DNA of 60,754 bases, filler included, from an uncultured bacterium (GTDB taxonomy: Bacteria > DAOPZR01): NCBI GenBank assembly GCA_964637655.1. It is 6 parts of 6 records of this genome, joined end to end, with 100 filler letters (N's around TTAATTAATTAA, not from the genome) between each part and the next. Parts side by side here need not be neighbours in the genome. Positions count along the whole stretch, not along the records: positions 40,686 to 50,676 come from CAZWUZ010000140.1; positions 50,777 to 60,754 come from CAZWUZ010000141.1; 4 more parts are not named here. One strand, 5' to 3'. The stretch's first letter is position 1. Every line of letters begins with the position of its first letter. Made by a program: the position numbers and the translations under genes. Below the pieces are notes generated by a model. That model saw only the letters and a program-made list of their open reading frames with translations, did not search any database and was not told where the DNA came from. Below, piece by piece: positions 44,862-54,764 of this stretch.

Positions 44862-46000
44862 CAGCGCTCCGCGTGGCTGTTAACCACGGAGATGACCCGC
44901 TCCTGTTCGCTGCGTCGCAGGCCCGGGTAGAGCGGCAGGGTCAGTGCCTGCCGGTAGAGGCGCTCCGCCTGCGGATACGCCCCGGAAGGTTGCGGGTAGT
45001 GCTGCCGGTAATACGGATGCCGGTGGATCGGGATGTAGTGCAGGTTGGCGCAGATTCCCGCCGCCGCCAGGGCCCGGTACAACCGGTCACGCTGCGGCAC
45101 GGTGATGAGGAACAGGTGCCAGGCGGAACGCCGGTCACCGGGCGTTGCCTGCCGGCCAATGGCAGGATGCAGTGCGCTCCGGTAGCGCGCCGCCTGCCGC
45201 GCCCGCTCACGGTTGCTCTGTGTCAGCCGTTGCAGCTGGCTGTGCCCGAGCGCCGCGTGCAGGTCGGACAGCCGGTAATTGAAACCCAGTTCGCGCATCT
45301 CGTAGTAGTAGGGCAGCCCGCGCAGACCGTCACGAACGATGCCGTGCGTGCGCAGGCGCAGCAGCCGCGCGTACGCGCGGCGGTCATTGGTGAGGATCAT
45401 TCCGCCCTCGCCGGCGGCGATGTTCTTCACCGCGTGGAAGCTGAAGACCGTCATGCTGCTGTCGCGGCAGCTGCCCACCCGCTGCCAGGCACGGCCGTGC
45501 CGGTATGTCGCCCCCGGCGCGTGGCAGGCGTCTTCAATGACGGTGATCCCGTAGCGTGCCGCCAGCCGGCTGATATCCGGCATCGCACACGGCAGGCCGG
45601 CCAGGTGAACGGGAATGAGCACCTTCGGCAGGCGCCGCTGCCGCGCCGCGCGCCGCAGCTGTTCCTCCAGCCTCCCGGTCGACAGATTGTACTCATCCGC
45701 ATCGATATCGATGAAGCCGGGACGCGAGCCGCAGTAGATCCCGCAGTTGGCGGACGCGACGAAACTGACCGCCGACGTCCAGTGCCGGTCGCCGCGCTCC
45801 AGTCCGGCCGCCAGGCAGCAGAGGTGCAGCGCGGCGGTCCCGCTGTGCACCGCCACCGCGTAGCGGGCGCCGCAGGCGGCCGCCATCGCCTCCTCGAAAC
45901 GCGCCACGGCCGGTCCCTGTGTCAGGTGCGATGACCGCAGCACACGCAGTACCGCGGCGCGATCGGCCGCGGTAACCAGCTGCCGCGCGTAGCTGATCAT
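44855..46000 (-). CDS. pseC: UDP-4-amino-4,6-dideoxy-N-acetyl-L-altrosamine aminotransferase
   Basis: ISYARQ, LTQGP, SGTAALH, EDACHA.G, FSFHAVK, GEGG, GFNYRLSD. Confidence 0.88.
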   Translation of the reverse strand: MISYARQLVTAADRAAVLRVLRSSHLTQGPAVARFEEAMAAACGARYAVAVHSGTAALHLCCLAAGLERGDRHWTSAVSFVASANCGIYCGSRPGFIDIDADEYNLSTGRLEEQLRRAARQRRLPKVLIPVHLAGLPCAMPDISRLAARYGITVIEDACHAPGATYRHGRAWQRVGSCRDSSMTVFSFHAVKNIAAGEGGMILTNDRRAYARLLRLRTHGIVRDGLRGLPYYYEMRELGFNYRLSDLHAALGHSQLQRLTQSNRERARQAARYRSALHPAIGRQATPGDRRSAWHLFLITVPQRDRLYRALAAAGICANLHYIPIHRHPYYRQHYPQPSGAYPQAERLYRQALTLPLYPGLRRSEQERVISVVNSHAERWC

Positions 46001-46977
46001 ACCGCCTCCAGCATCGCCCGCAGGCGTTCCACTGACAGCCAGCGGTCATTGACATTGCTGACATATTCGAATTCCGGCGGCATCGGCGGCACCGCCGGCG
46101 CCGCCGGGAACTGCTGGTACTGCGTCGGCGGCTGCACCAGGTAATAATCGCCCATGTCGTAGGTGTAGCGCGCCTCGTCACGCGAGATCAGCATCTCGTG
46201 CAGTTTTTCACCCGGCCGGATCCCGACCGTCTCGACCCGGCAGCCGGGCGCAACCGCCGCCACCAGGTCGGTGAGGCGGTAGCTGGGGATCTTCGGAACG
46301 AATACCTCGTTCCCCTGCATCCGCGCGAGCGCAGCCAGGACGAACTCCGCCGCTTCCGCCAGGGTCAGGCTGAAACGCGTCATGCGTTCGTCAGTCAGCG
46401 TGACCGTGCCCGTCTCCCGCTGCCGCAGGAAGAGCGGCACCGCGCTGCCGCGGCTGCCGAAGACGTTGCCGTAGCGCACGACGCTGAAGCGGCACTGCGC
46501 GCCGACGTAGGTGTTGGCGGCGAGGAAGAGCTTGTCCGCGCAGAGCTTGGTTGCACCGTACAGGTTGATCGGGTTCGCCGCCTTGTCCGTGCTCAGCGCC
46601 AGCACCTGCTGCACTCCCGCCTGGACCGCGGCGTCAACCAGGTTCTGCGCCCCGAGGATGTTGGTCTTGACGAATTCGAACGGGTTGTATTCCGCCGCCG
46701 GCACCTGCTTGAGCGCGGCGGTATGGATAACCACGTCGATCTTGCGCAGCGCGTGCTGCAACCGGTCGCGGTCGCGAATATCACCGAGGAAGTAGCGCAG
46801 GCAGGCATGGTCGCGCGGCGAGAATTCCTGCGCCATCTCGTACTGCTTCAGTTCGTCGCGGCTGAAAACCACCAGCCGCCGCGGCGCCCCGTGCGCGAGG
46901 ATGGAGCGCACCAGCTGCCGCCCCAGCGACCCCGTGCCGCCCGTGATCAGTATGCTACGCCCCTGCAGATTGTCCAT
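45997..46977 (-). CDS. pseB: UDP-GlcNAc 4,6-dehydratase (inverting)
   Basis: ITGGTGSLG, SRDELKQ, AALKQVPAAEYNPFE, LSTDKA.NP.NLYGATK, RYGNV.GSRGS, RPGEKLHE. Confidence 0.93.
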   Translation of the reverse strand: MDNLQGRSILITGGTGSLGRQLVRSILAHGAPRRLVVFSRDELKQYEMAQEFSPRDHACLRYFLGDIRDRDRLQHALRKIDVVIHTAALKQVPAAEYNPFEFVKTNILGAQNLVDAAVQAGVQQVLALSTDKAANPINLYGATKLCADKLFLAANTYVGAQCRFSVVRYGNVFGSRGSAVPLFLRQRETGTVTLTDERMTRFSLTLAEAAEFVLAALARMQGNEVFVPKIPSYRLTDLVAAVAPGCRVETVGIRPGEKLHEMLISRDEARYTYDMGDYYLVQPPTQYQQFPAAPAVPPMPPEFEYVSNVNDRWLSVERLRAMLEAV

Positions 46978-47743
46978 GGTTCCTCTCCTGCGCCGGTGGT
47001 ACGGCAAAAATCATCAGTTCGCCCGGCTGCTCAAGCCCGTGCGGTGCGGCATAGGCACGACCGTCGGCATACCACTCCTCGTACACCAGCGTGGCGCCGA
47101 GTTGTGCAAACAGCCGGCGGAAATCGTACGGATACGGATACCCGAACCCGGTGGTGAATACCGCCACGTAGCGCCGTGCCGTGCGCAGCATGTCGGCGAA
47201 CAGCCCCATGCGGTCGGGCGGCATGTGGATCAGCACGCCGATGGCGAACACCACGTCATAGGCGCGGTCCGGCTGCGTGCGCAGCCAGGCGGCGGCGTCG
47301 CCGGCCACCAGCGTCGCGGTGCGCGCCAGCTCCGGAAATGCCGCCGGCAGCACCTCGTGCACGGCGGCATGATTGATGTCGATGCCGCTCAGCGCGCGCC
47401 GCCCGGACCGGTACAAGTACTGCAGGTTGCGCCCCGCATTGCAGCCGATCTCGAGAAACGACGCTTCCGCCGGCAGGCGCGCCAGCAGCCAGTCGAGCGT
47501 CAGGCGCGTCACCGCGTCTTCGTGCACGTACTGCTGCGGGCCGTGCCGCTCCCCTGCCGTGCGCGACGCCCAGTACCCCGGCGCATCTTCGCGGTAGAAC
47601 GGGTGGCGCAGGCCGCGCATCACCAGCGCACGCATCAGCGATCGGCACAGCGGGCTGTGCAGCGGGTACGCCGGCGGCAGCAGCCGCGCCAGCCGCCACG
47701 TCAGCCGGTTGTTGCATACCCGGTCAAGCAGTGGTCGGGACAC
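46955..47743 (-). CDS. Class I SAM-dependent methyltransferase
   Basis: LEIGCNAGRNL, GIDIN, YDVVF..GVLIH; GTG start estimated. Confidence 0.8.
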   Translation of the reverse strand: MSRPLLDRVCNNRLTWRLARLLPPAYPLHSPLCRSLMRALVMRGLRHPFYREDAPGYWASRTAGERHGPQQYVHEDAVTRLTLDWLLARLPAEASFLEIGCNAGRNLQYLYRSGRRALSGIDINHAAVHEVLPAAFPELARTATLVAGDAAAWLRTQPDRAYDVVFAIGVLIHMPPDRMGLFADMLRTARRYVAVFTTGFGYPYPYDFRRLFAQLGATLVYEEWYADGRAYAAPHGLEQPGELMIFAVPPAQERNHGQSAGA

Positions 47744-49526
47744 TGCTCTCTCCGCTGAGCTGCTGCAGCCGCAGGTACTGCGCGTAGCGCGAATCCGGAC
47801 GCTGCCGCAGCAGTGCCGGGTCGCCGCTCTCCACCACGCGCCCGCGATCGAGCACCACCAGGTGGTCGGCATGCTGCACCGTCGCCAGCCGGTGGGCGAT
47901 GACCACCATCGTCAACCGGCCCTGCAGGCGCCCGAGCGCCTGCTGCACCATCCGTTCGGAGGCGCTATCGAGCGAACTGGTCGCTTCGTCGAGAATGAGC
48001 AGCTGCGGGCGGCGGACCAGGGCGCGGGCCAGGGCCACCATCTGCTTCTGCCCGCCCGACAGGGTCACCCCGCGCTCGCCGAGCATCGTCCCGTACCCCT
48101 GCGGCAGCGCGCTGATGAGGCCGTCCGCGTTGGCCATTACCGCCGCCGCGCGGATGTCCGCCTCGCTCAGTCCCTCCCGCCCGTAGCGGATGTTGTTCGC
48201 CACCGTGTCGTTGAACAGGAAACTGTCCTGCAGCACCACCGCCGTGCAGCGCCGCCAGTCGGCCAGGCGCACCTGCCGCAACGGCACCCCGTCGAGCCGG
48301 ATGTCGCCCGCCTGCGGATCGTAGAGTCGCAGGAGCAGGTCGAGCATGGTGGTCTTGCCCGAGCCCGTAGCGCCGATGATCGCCGTCGTCGCGTTGCTGC
48401 GGATGGTCAGCGACACCTCCTGCAGCACCGGCTGGTCCAGGTAGCGGAAACTCACCCGGTCGAACGCGATGTCCCGCTGCAGCCCGGCAAACGGCTGCGT
48501 GCCGTCGCTGATATACGGCTTATTATCGCGCCGCACCGCCTCGAGCGCCAGTTCCACCGGGGCCAGCGTGTTCATCAGCTGCCCGAACTGGTGCGGCAGG
48601 CGCTGCACCATCGGGATCATGCGGTAGAGCATCAGAAAATAGACGCTGAGCACCGCGAACGGCAGGTGATAGCTGCCGCGCGCCAGCAGGAAGAGGACAA
48701 TGATGACGACGAACCCGAAGGTGCTGCCGCTGATGCTGATCTGCGCCAGCGTCTTCTGCACCCCGTACAGTTCGTCCATGAACCGCCCGTGCTCCGCCCG
48801 CAGCCGCCCGCGTTCGAACGCCTCCGCCCCGTACGCCTTGATCATCTTGATCCCGTCAAGCACCTCGACAAAAATGCTGTTGCTCCGCTGGCAGGTCTCC
48901 ACCTGCCGCCGGGACAGACGCTTCGTACGCCGCAGCAACGGGCGGAAAGTCAGCAGCCCGAGCAGCGAGATGGCTGCCACCAGCAGGGTCAGGCGGCCGG
49001 CCAGCAGGAAGAGCATGGTCCCGTAGCAGGCGATGAGCAGCATGTTGAGCGCGATTTCCAGCAGGTGGAAGAGCACAAACATCAGGTTGCTCGCCCCGCT
49101 GTTGACGTAGTTGAGGATGTCCCCCTTGCGCGTGCTGTGGAAAAAGGCGTAGCCGCAGTCCATGAGGTTGTCGAAGATTTTGCCCGCCGCGTCCTTCACC
49201 AGCGCGCACTGCACGCGCGCGCGGAATACCGCTTCCGCGTAGCGGCAGGCGTTGCGCAGCAGCATCACCGCCAGGAATGCGACAAGGAACAGGTACAGCG
49301 ACGGCGACACCCCGGCGCGCGCCATCAGCGCATAGGCCTGCTGCAGGCCCGCCGACGCCGTCCCCTGCGGTTCCGTCATCATGCTGATCACCGGCATCAG
49401 CAGCACCATGCTCAGCGTGTCAAGCACCGCGTTCAGCACCAGCAGCGCGGCGATCAGCGCCAGGTGCGCGCGGAACGGGCGGACAAACCCCGCGTAGATG
49501 CGCAGCCGCGCAAGGAATTCAGCCAC
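47724..49526 (-). CDS. ABC transporter permease/ATPase (MsbA/PglK-like glycan exporter)
   Basis: N-terminal TM domain, GATGSGKT, LSGGQKQ, LILDEATSSLD, IAHRL. Confidence 0.9.
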   Translation of the reverse strand: MAEFLARLRIYAGFVRPFRAHLALIAALLVLNAVLDTLSMVLLMPVISMMTEPQGTASAGLQQAYALMARAGVSPSLYLFLVAFLAVMLLRNACRYAEAVFRARVQCALVKDAAGKIFDNLMDCGYAFFHSTRKGDILNYVNSGASNLMFVLFHLLEIALNMLLIACYGTMLFLLAGRLTLLVAAISLLGLLTFRPLLRRTKRLSRRQVETCQRSNSIFVEVLDGIKMIKAYGAEAFERGRLRAEHGRFMDELYGVQKTLAQISISGSTFGFVVIIVLFLLARGSYHLPFAVLSVYFLMLYRMIPMVQRLPHQFGQLMNTLAPVELALEAVRRDNKPYISDGTQPFAGLQRDIAFDRVSFRYLDQPVLQEVSLTIRSNATTAIIGATGSGKTTMLDLLLRLYDPQAGDIRLDGVPLRQVRLADWRRCTAVVLQDSFLFNDTVANNIRYGREGLSEADIRAAAVMANADGLISALPQGYGTMLGERGVTLSGGQKQMVALARALVRRPQLLILDEATSSLDSASERMVQQALGRLQGRLTMVVIAHRLATVQHADHLVVLDRGRVVESGDPALLRQRPDSRYAQYLRLQQLSGESSVPTTA

Positions 49527-50496
49527 GCGGCACCATGCCCGCCGGCGTCAGCGGCGCCCCGGCCGGCAGCGCGTACGCCAGCGTCCGTCCGAGCACGCGC
49601 TCCAGGTCCTCGGCCGGGATGCCGGCCAGCGGGCGCAGGGGGACGAGGTCATCCGCCGCCAGCACCGTCCCTGCCGGCAGGTCGCGCCGCGCGTACAGCG
49701 CGCGCCGCGCGCCGCCGCGGAAGGCCTCTTCCGCGGGGACGAACCCCGGGCCGCGGTCCTGCAGCGCCGCCGGCAGCCGCCGCGCCGCGGCGACGATACA
49801 GCGCAGGTCTGCCGGCAGGATCGACATCGGGTTGTCCACCCCGGGCAGCGACCGGTCGATGGTGAAATGCTTCTCGATGACCGTCGCCCCGAGCGCGATG
49901 GCCGCGACCGCCATCTCCCATCCCGCGCTGTGGTCGGAGAACCCGACCGGCAGCCCGAAGCGCGCGCGCAGGTGCGCGAGGCGCGGCAGGTTCATCTCGG
50001 CGTCGGGCGGCGGGTAGGCGGAAACGCAGTGCAGCAGGGTGATCTCCATCGCCCCCCCCTCGCGCAGCCAGTCCAGTGCCGCTTCCACCTGCGCTTCCGT
50101 CGCCCCGCCCGTCGACATGATGACCGGCTTGCGCGTGCGGCCGACCGCGCGCAGGAAATCGGGCCAGGTCAGCTCCCCCGAGGCCACCTTGTAGCGCCTG
50201 ACCCCGAGTTGCTCGAGCAGGGCGATGCCGTCGAGGTCGAACGGGGTGGCGAAGAACTCGATGCCGGCCGCGTCGCAATACGCCTTGAGCGGCACAAAAT
50301 CGGCGTCGCGGAAACTTTCGCGCTCCAGCAACGCCAGCGCGGGATGCTCCGCCCCCACCAGTTGCCTCGGGTGGATGGCCTGGAACTTCACCGCGTCCGC
50401 ACCGCAGTCGCGCGCGGCGTCGATCATTTTTTTCGCCAGCGCAACGTCACCCGCGGCATTGTTCCCCAGTTCCGCAATCACCATCACATCCGCCAC
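49519..50496 (-). CDS. Second NeuB/SpsE-family nonulosonate synthase
   Basis: IAELG.N..GD, GADAVKFQ, KVASGELT, STG, LHCVSAYP, GFSDH, IEKHFT, SAF domain; GTG start after AGGAG. Confidence 0.88.
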   Translation of the reverse strand: MADVMVIAELGNNAAGDVALAKKMIDAARDCGADAVKFQAIHPRQLVGAEHPALALLERESFRDADFVPLKAYCDAAGIEFFATPFDLDGIALLEQLGVRRYKVASGELTWPDFLRAVGRTRKPVIMSTGGATEAQVEAALDWLREGGAMEITLLHCVSAYPPPDAEMNLPRLAHLRARFGLPVGFSDHSAGWEMAVAAIALGATVIEKHFTIDRSLPGVDNPMSILPADLRCIVAAARRLPAALQDRGPGFVPAEEAFRGGARRALYARRDLPAGTVLAADDLVPLRPLAGIPAEDLERVLGRTLAYALPAGAPLTPAGMVPRG

Positions 50497-50676
50497 CGCA
50501 CACTCCTGCCCCGCCGCGGCCACACTTCCGCCGCGGCTCGGTACTCTGCATCGGTTCGACGGCGCCGCCGCCGGCATTGCATCGGGGCTACAACGAACAC
50601 ACCGGGGAAAGCATCCCGCTGAAGATCGTGACGCACTCGCAGCCTGAAGCGGCCATCACCGAGGACGCCACCAAGG

Positions 50677-50776
50677 NNNNNNNNNNNNNNNNNNNNNNNN
50701 NNNNNNNNNNNNNNNNNNNNTTAATTAATTAANNNNNNNNNNNNNNNNNNNNNNNNNNNNNNNNNNNNNNNNNNNN
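50677..50776. other. Artificial contig spacer
   Basis: N-run / TTAATTAATTAA / N-run. Confidence 0.99.
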
Positions 50777-50855
50777 CACGTGTTCCATTCCGTCCTCGCG
50801 TTGCGCTGACCCGCCGGCATTGACGCCCGTCGGTGCGTATGGTACTTTGCCGCAG

Positions 50856-51899
50856 ATGGCACCGAAACCCATCCCGCCGCTCTGGGCCCTCTTCCCCTAC
50901 CGTTTCCTTTCCTTCTACCGCGAAGCGCAGGCAGTGACGCGCGGCGACTATCCGCCCCCGCGCATGGTCATCTTCCATCTCAACTACCGCTGCAATCATT
51001 CCTGCGTCGGCTGCGATTTCCGCGCCGAAAACCGCACGCAGTCCTACAACCCGCCGACCGCCGACCTCTGGCGTATCGCCGACGCCATCATCGCCTCGGG
51101 GGCCGAGGCGGTGGAACTCTCCGGCGGCGGCGAGCCGCTGCTCGCTCCTGATGTCGACCAGCTCATCCGCCGCTTCCACCGCGCCGGGCTGGCGGTCGGG
51201 CTGCTCACCAACGGCAGCCAGCTCACCGGGCGCATCCTCGACACGGTCGTCCGCTGCTGCCGCTACGTGCGCATCAGCATCGAAGCGGGAAGCCCGCGCG
51301 TTTTCTGCCGGGTCAAGGGGCTGTCGGACACCGGCGAGTTCGACCGCGTCATCGCCAACGTGCGTGCCGCGGTGGCCCGCCGCGAAAAACTCCGCTCGCG
51401 CATCACCATTTCGCTCAAATATACCGTCGGCACCCTCAATGCCGCGGACCTGGGCAGCGCCGCGCGCCTCGCCGCGACACTCGGGGTCGATGCGCTGCAG
51501 TTCCGCCCCTACGAGAACTGCGCCATCACCCTGCGCGACCCGCGCCCGGCGCAGCAGAAACTTGACGCGCTGAAAAAACGTTACGCGGGAAAACTGGCGG
51601 TCACCGGCGACCTGCGCTTCCCCCGCCCGCACGAACGCTGCCGTTTCAACCCCTTTTTCGCCACGGTCGACAGCTACGGCGACGTCTTCCTCTGCCCCTA
51701 CTACCGTCATCGCCGGCAGCGGCACCGCATCGGCAACGTGCTCAAGCAGTCGTGGCGCGATATCTGGGGAGGCAGCCGCCATCGCCGCGCCCGCGCGCAG
51801 GTACGCCCCGCGGAGTGCGCCGTCTACGCCTGCCGGTTTCACCGCTATAACGCACTGCTCAGCACGCTGCTCGACTCACGCGACCTTTCCTTCATCTGA
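50856..51899 (+). CDS. Radical SAM protein with SPASM/twitch-like C-terminus
   Basis: CNHSCVGC, SGGGEPL, TNG, C-terminal C...G.V..C...IGN...W...C..C; likely ATG at 50856. Confidence 0.88.
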   Translation: MAPKPIPPLWALFPYRFLSFYREAQAVTRGDYPPPRMVIFHLNYRCNHSCVGCDFRAENRTQSYNPPTADLWRIADAIIASGAEAVELSGGGEPLLAPDVDQLIRRFHRAGLAVGLLTNGSQLTGRILDTVVRCCRYVRISIEAGSPRVFCRVKGLSDTGEFDRVIANVRAAVARREKLRSRITISLKYTVGTLNAADLGSAARLAATLGVDALQFRPYENCAITLRDPRPAQQKLDALKKRYAGKLAVTGDLRFPRPHERCRFNPFFATVDSYGDVFLCPYYRHRRQRHRIGNVLKQSWRDIWGGSRHRRARAQVRPAECAVYACRFHRYNALLSTLLDSRDLSFI

Positions 51900-53014
51900 T
51901 GCGTATCCCCGTTTGTGCCCCCGCGGTCGCCCCGCGCCAGGAGGAGTATGTCCTGCAGTCGCTGCGTGACAACGCCATTGCCGGCGGTCCGCATCTTGCC
52001 CGTTTCGAGGAGGGGTTCGCGCGCTGGGTCGGGCGCACGCATGGGATCGCCTGCTGCAATGGCAGTGCGGCGCTGGAAATCGCGCTGGCTGCCCTGCACC
52101 TGCCGGCGGGCAGCGAGGTCATCATTCCCGACTTCACGCTCATTGCCGTTGCCGTCAGCGTCATCCGTGCGGGCCTCAGGCCGGTGCTGGTCGACGTTGA
52201 ACCCGACACCCGCTGCCTCGACCCGCAGCGCGTTGCCGCGGCCATCACGCCGCGCACTGCCGCCCTGCTGGTCGCGCATACCTACGGGCATCCTGCCGAC
52301 ATGGACGCGCTCGCCGCGCTGGCGGCGCGGCACAACCTCGTGCTCATCGAGGATGCCGCTGAAGCGCACGGCGCGCAGTGGCAGAGACGCAACGCCGGCA
52401 GTTTCGGCACGCTCGCCTGCTTTTCCTTCTATGCCAACAAGCTGATCAGCACCGGCGAAGGGGGTATGGTCCTCACTGACGATGCCGCGCTGCGCGACCG
52501 CCTGCGCCTGCTGCGCAACGCGGGGTTTACCCTCCCCCGCTTCCGGCACGATGTCTTCGCCACCAATTACCGCCTCACCAACCTGCAGGCGGCGCTCGGC
52601 TGCGCGCAGCTGGAGATGGCAGACACCTGGCTGCAGCAGCGCCTCGAGCATGCGCAGCACTACACGCGCCGCTTTGCGGGGTGCGACGCCATCATCACCC
52701 CCGCCACCCGCCCGAACTGCCGCAATTCCTTCTGGATGTACGGCATCGAACTCAGCGACGCCTGCCCGGTCGACCGCGATACGCTCATGCAGCGGCTCGA
52801 GGCACAGGACATCGAGACGCGCCCCTTCTTCGTCCCGCTGCACCGTCAGCCGGTCTTTGCCGGTGACAATCCGCTCTATCCCGACTGCACGGGTGAATTC
52901 CCGGTCAGCGACCGCCTCGCGCAGCGCGGGCTTTACCTGCCGTCCGGGACCGCGCTGACGGCGGCGCAGCTCGACACCGTAGCCGACGCCGTCCTCGCCG
53001 CCGTCCGCACGTGA
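51899..53014 (+). CDS. DegT/DnrJ/EryC1/StrS sugar aminotransferase (perosamine synthase-like)
   Basis: NGSAAL, EDAAEAHG, FSFYANKLISTGEGG, NYRLTNLQAALG, LPSG. Confidence 0.92.
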   Translation: MRIPVCAPAVAPRQEEYVLQSLRDNAIAGGPHLARFEEGFARWVGRTHGIACCNGSAALEIALAALHLPAGSEVIIPDFTLIAVAVSVIRAGLRPVLVDVEPDTRCLDPQRVAAAITPRTAALLVAHTYGHPADMDALAALAARHNLVLIEDAAEAHGAQWQRRNAGSFGTLACFSFYANKLISTGEGGMVLTDDAALRDRLRLLRNAGFTLPRFRHDVFATNYRLTNLQAALGCAQLEMADTWLQQRLEHAQHYTRRFAGCDAIITPATRPNCRNSFWMYGIELSDACPVDRDTLMQRLEAQDIETRPFFVPLHRQPVFAGDNPLYPDCTGEFPVSDRLAQRGLYLPSGTALTAAQLDTVADAVLAAVRT

Positions 53015-53017
53015 TCC

Positions 53018-53722
53018 ATGCCACGCCTCACCCTGCTGCTCCCCACCTACAACGAGCGCGACAATATCATCCCGCTCATTGACGCCATGCAGCAGCAGGT
53101 GGCGGACCTGGAGATCGTGGTCATCGATGATTCCTCGCCGGACGGCACCGGCGAACTGGTGCGCAAGCGCGCCGCGCATGACCCGCAGGTGCGCCTCATC
53201 AGCCGCCCGTACGGGGCGGGGCTCACTTCCGCTTTTCGCGACGGTGCTGCCGCCGCCGCGGGCGACTGTATTGCCTGGTGCGACTGTGACTTCAGCCATC
53301 CCCCCGACGTGCTGCCGCGTCTGCTGACCGCCATCGACGCGGGTGCCGATGTCGCCGTCGCCTCGCGCTATGCACCCGGCGCTGTCGATGCGCGTGACGA
53401 CCGTCTTGCGGTATTCGCCTCGCGCGTCGTCAACACCGTCGCCCGTCTGCTGCTGACCGGCACGCTTACCGATTACACCTCGGGGTATGTCATGGCCCGC
53501 CGCGCGGTCATCGCTGCCGTTCCCTTCCGCGGCGACTACGGCGAGTACTGCATCGATTTCCTCTACCGCGCGCATCGCGCCGGGTGCAAGGTATGCGAAG
53601 TGCCCTACACCTCGCCGTCGCGCCGCAGCGGCGCCTCCAAAACCGCCACCGGGCTGCCGGGTTTCCTGCGCCGCATGCCGCACTACCTGCGCACCATCTG
53701 GCGCCTGCGTTGTGGCGCGTAA
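53018..53722 (+). CDS. GT2 polyprenol-phosphate glycosyltransferase (DPM1-like)
   Basis: PTYNERDNI, DDSSPDGT, DCDFSHPP, ASRY, DYTSGY, R..G.SK. Confidence 0.9.
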   Translation: MPRLTLLLPTYNERDNIIPLIDAMQQQVADLEIVVIDDSSPDGTGELVRKRAAHDPQVRLISRPYGAGLTSAFRDGAAAAAGDCIAWCDCDFSHPPDVLPRLLTAIDAGADVAVASRYAPGAVDARDDRLAVFASRVVNTVARLLLTGTLTDYTSGYVMARRAVIAAVPFRGDYGEYCIDFLYRAHRAGCKVCEVPYTSPSRRSGASKTATGLPGFLRRMPHYLRTIWRLRCGA

Positions 53723-54572
53723 GGCGCTGCGCCTTGGCGCGCACGTTTCCATTGCCGGCGGCCTGCACCGCGCCGGCGAACGCGCGGCGGCGCTGGGCTG
53801 CCGGACCTTCCAGATGTTCACGAAGAATGCCAGCCAGTGGCGTACCCCGGCGGTCAGCACTGCCGCGGCGGGCGAGTTCCGTGCTGCTGCCGCTGCACAC
53901 GACCTGTCGCCGCTTGTCGCGCATACCGCCTACCTCATCAATCTCTCGTCGCTGAACCCCGCCACGCGCAGGCAATCACTGCAGGCGCTGACAGAAGAGT
54001 TGCAGCGCGCGGAACTGCTCGGCATCCCGTATCTTGTCCATCATCCGGGCGCCCATGGCGGGGCGGGCGAGGAAGCGGGGCTGCGGGCGATTGCTGCCGG
54101 GCTTGATACCGCCCTGCGTGACAGCCGCACAAAACAGGTAATGATTCTGCTGGAGACGACCGCGGGTCAGGGGAGTTGTCTCGGGCACCGTTTCGAGCAC
54201 CTTGCCGCGCTGCGCGAGCGGTCAAAGTTTCCGCAGCGGCTGGGCGTCTGTTTCGACACCTGCCATGTCTTTGCCGCCGGCTACGACATCAGTACGACAA
54301 CAGGCGTGAGGAAAACGCTGGCGGAATTCGACCGCGTCATCGGGCTGCAGCACCTGCACGCGCTGCATCTCAACGACGCGACCAAACCCTGCGGCAGCCG
54401 CGTCGACCGCCACACGCATATCGGGGAGGGGTATATCGGGGAAGACGGGTTTCGCGCGCTGCTGCGCACCGCGCGCCTGCGCGGCCTGCCGATGATCCTG
54501 GAAACCCCGAAAGGCGACGGCGATGCTGCCGACCTGACCAATCTCACCCGCCTGCGGCAGTTGGGCGGATAA
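53712..54572 (+). CDS. nfo: Endonuclease IV
   Basis: GAHVSIAGG, H.AYLINL, HPG, LETTAGQG, CFDTCH.FAAGYD, HLND, DRH.HIG.G, ILETP. Confidence 0.96.
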   Translation: MARKALRLGAHVSIAGGLHRAGERAAALGCRTFQMFTKNASQWRTPAVSTAAAGEFRAAAAAHDLSPLVAHTAYLINLSSLNPATRRQSLQALTEELQRAELLGIPYLVHHPGAHGGAGEEAGLRAIAAGLDTALRDSRTKQVMILLETTAGQGSCLGHRFEHLAALRERSKFPQRLGVCFDTCHVFAAGYDISTTTGVRKTLAEFDRVIGLQHLHALHLNDATKPCGSRVDRHTHIGEGYIGEDGFRALLRTARLRGLPMILETPKGDGDAADLTNLTRLRQLGG

Positions 54573-54593
54573 CACCGGGCAGCCGGCGGGAAG

Positions 54594-54680
54594 TGGTGCC
54601 GGGAGCGGGAATTGAACCCGCACGCCCTTGCGGACCCGGGATTTTAAGTCCCGTGCGTCTGCCAGTTCCGCCATCCCGGC
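54594..54680 (-). tRNA. tRNA-Leu(TAA)
   Basis: GCCGGGATGGCGGAACTGGCAGACGC-CGGGA CTTAAAA TCCCG-...GGTTCAATTCC...ACCA; upstream TTGACA-17-TATGGT. Confidence 0.96.
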
Positions 54681-54764
54681 CTGCTGCGCACCATACCTTT
54701 CCCTCACCCTCCTGTCAACGGGTGCTTGCGCTTCTTCCGTCGGTGTAGTACAATAGTTGCGCTC

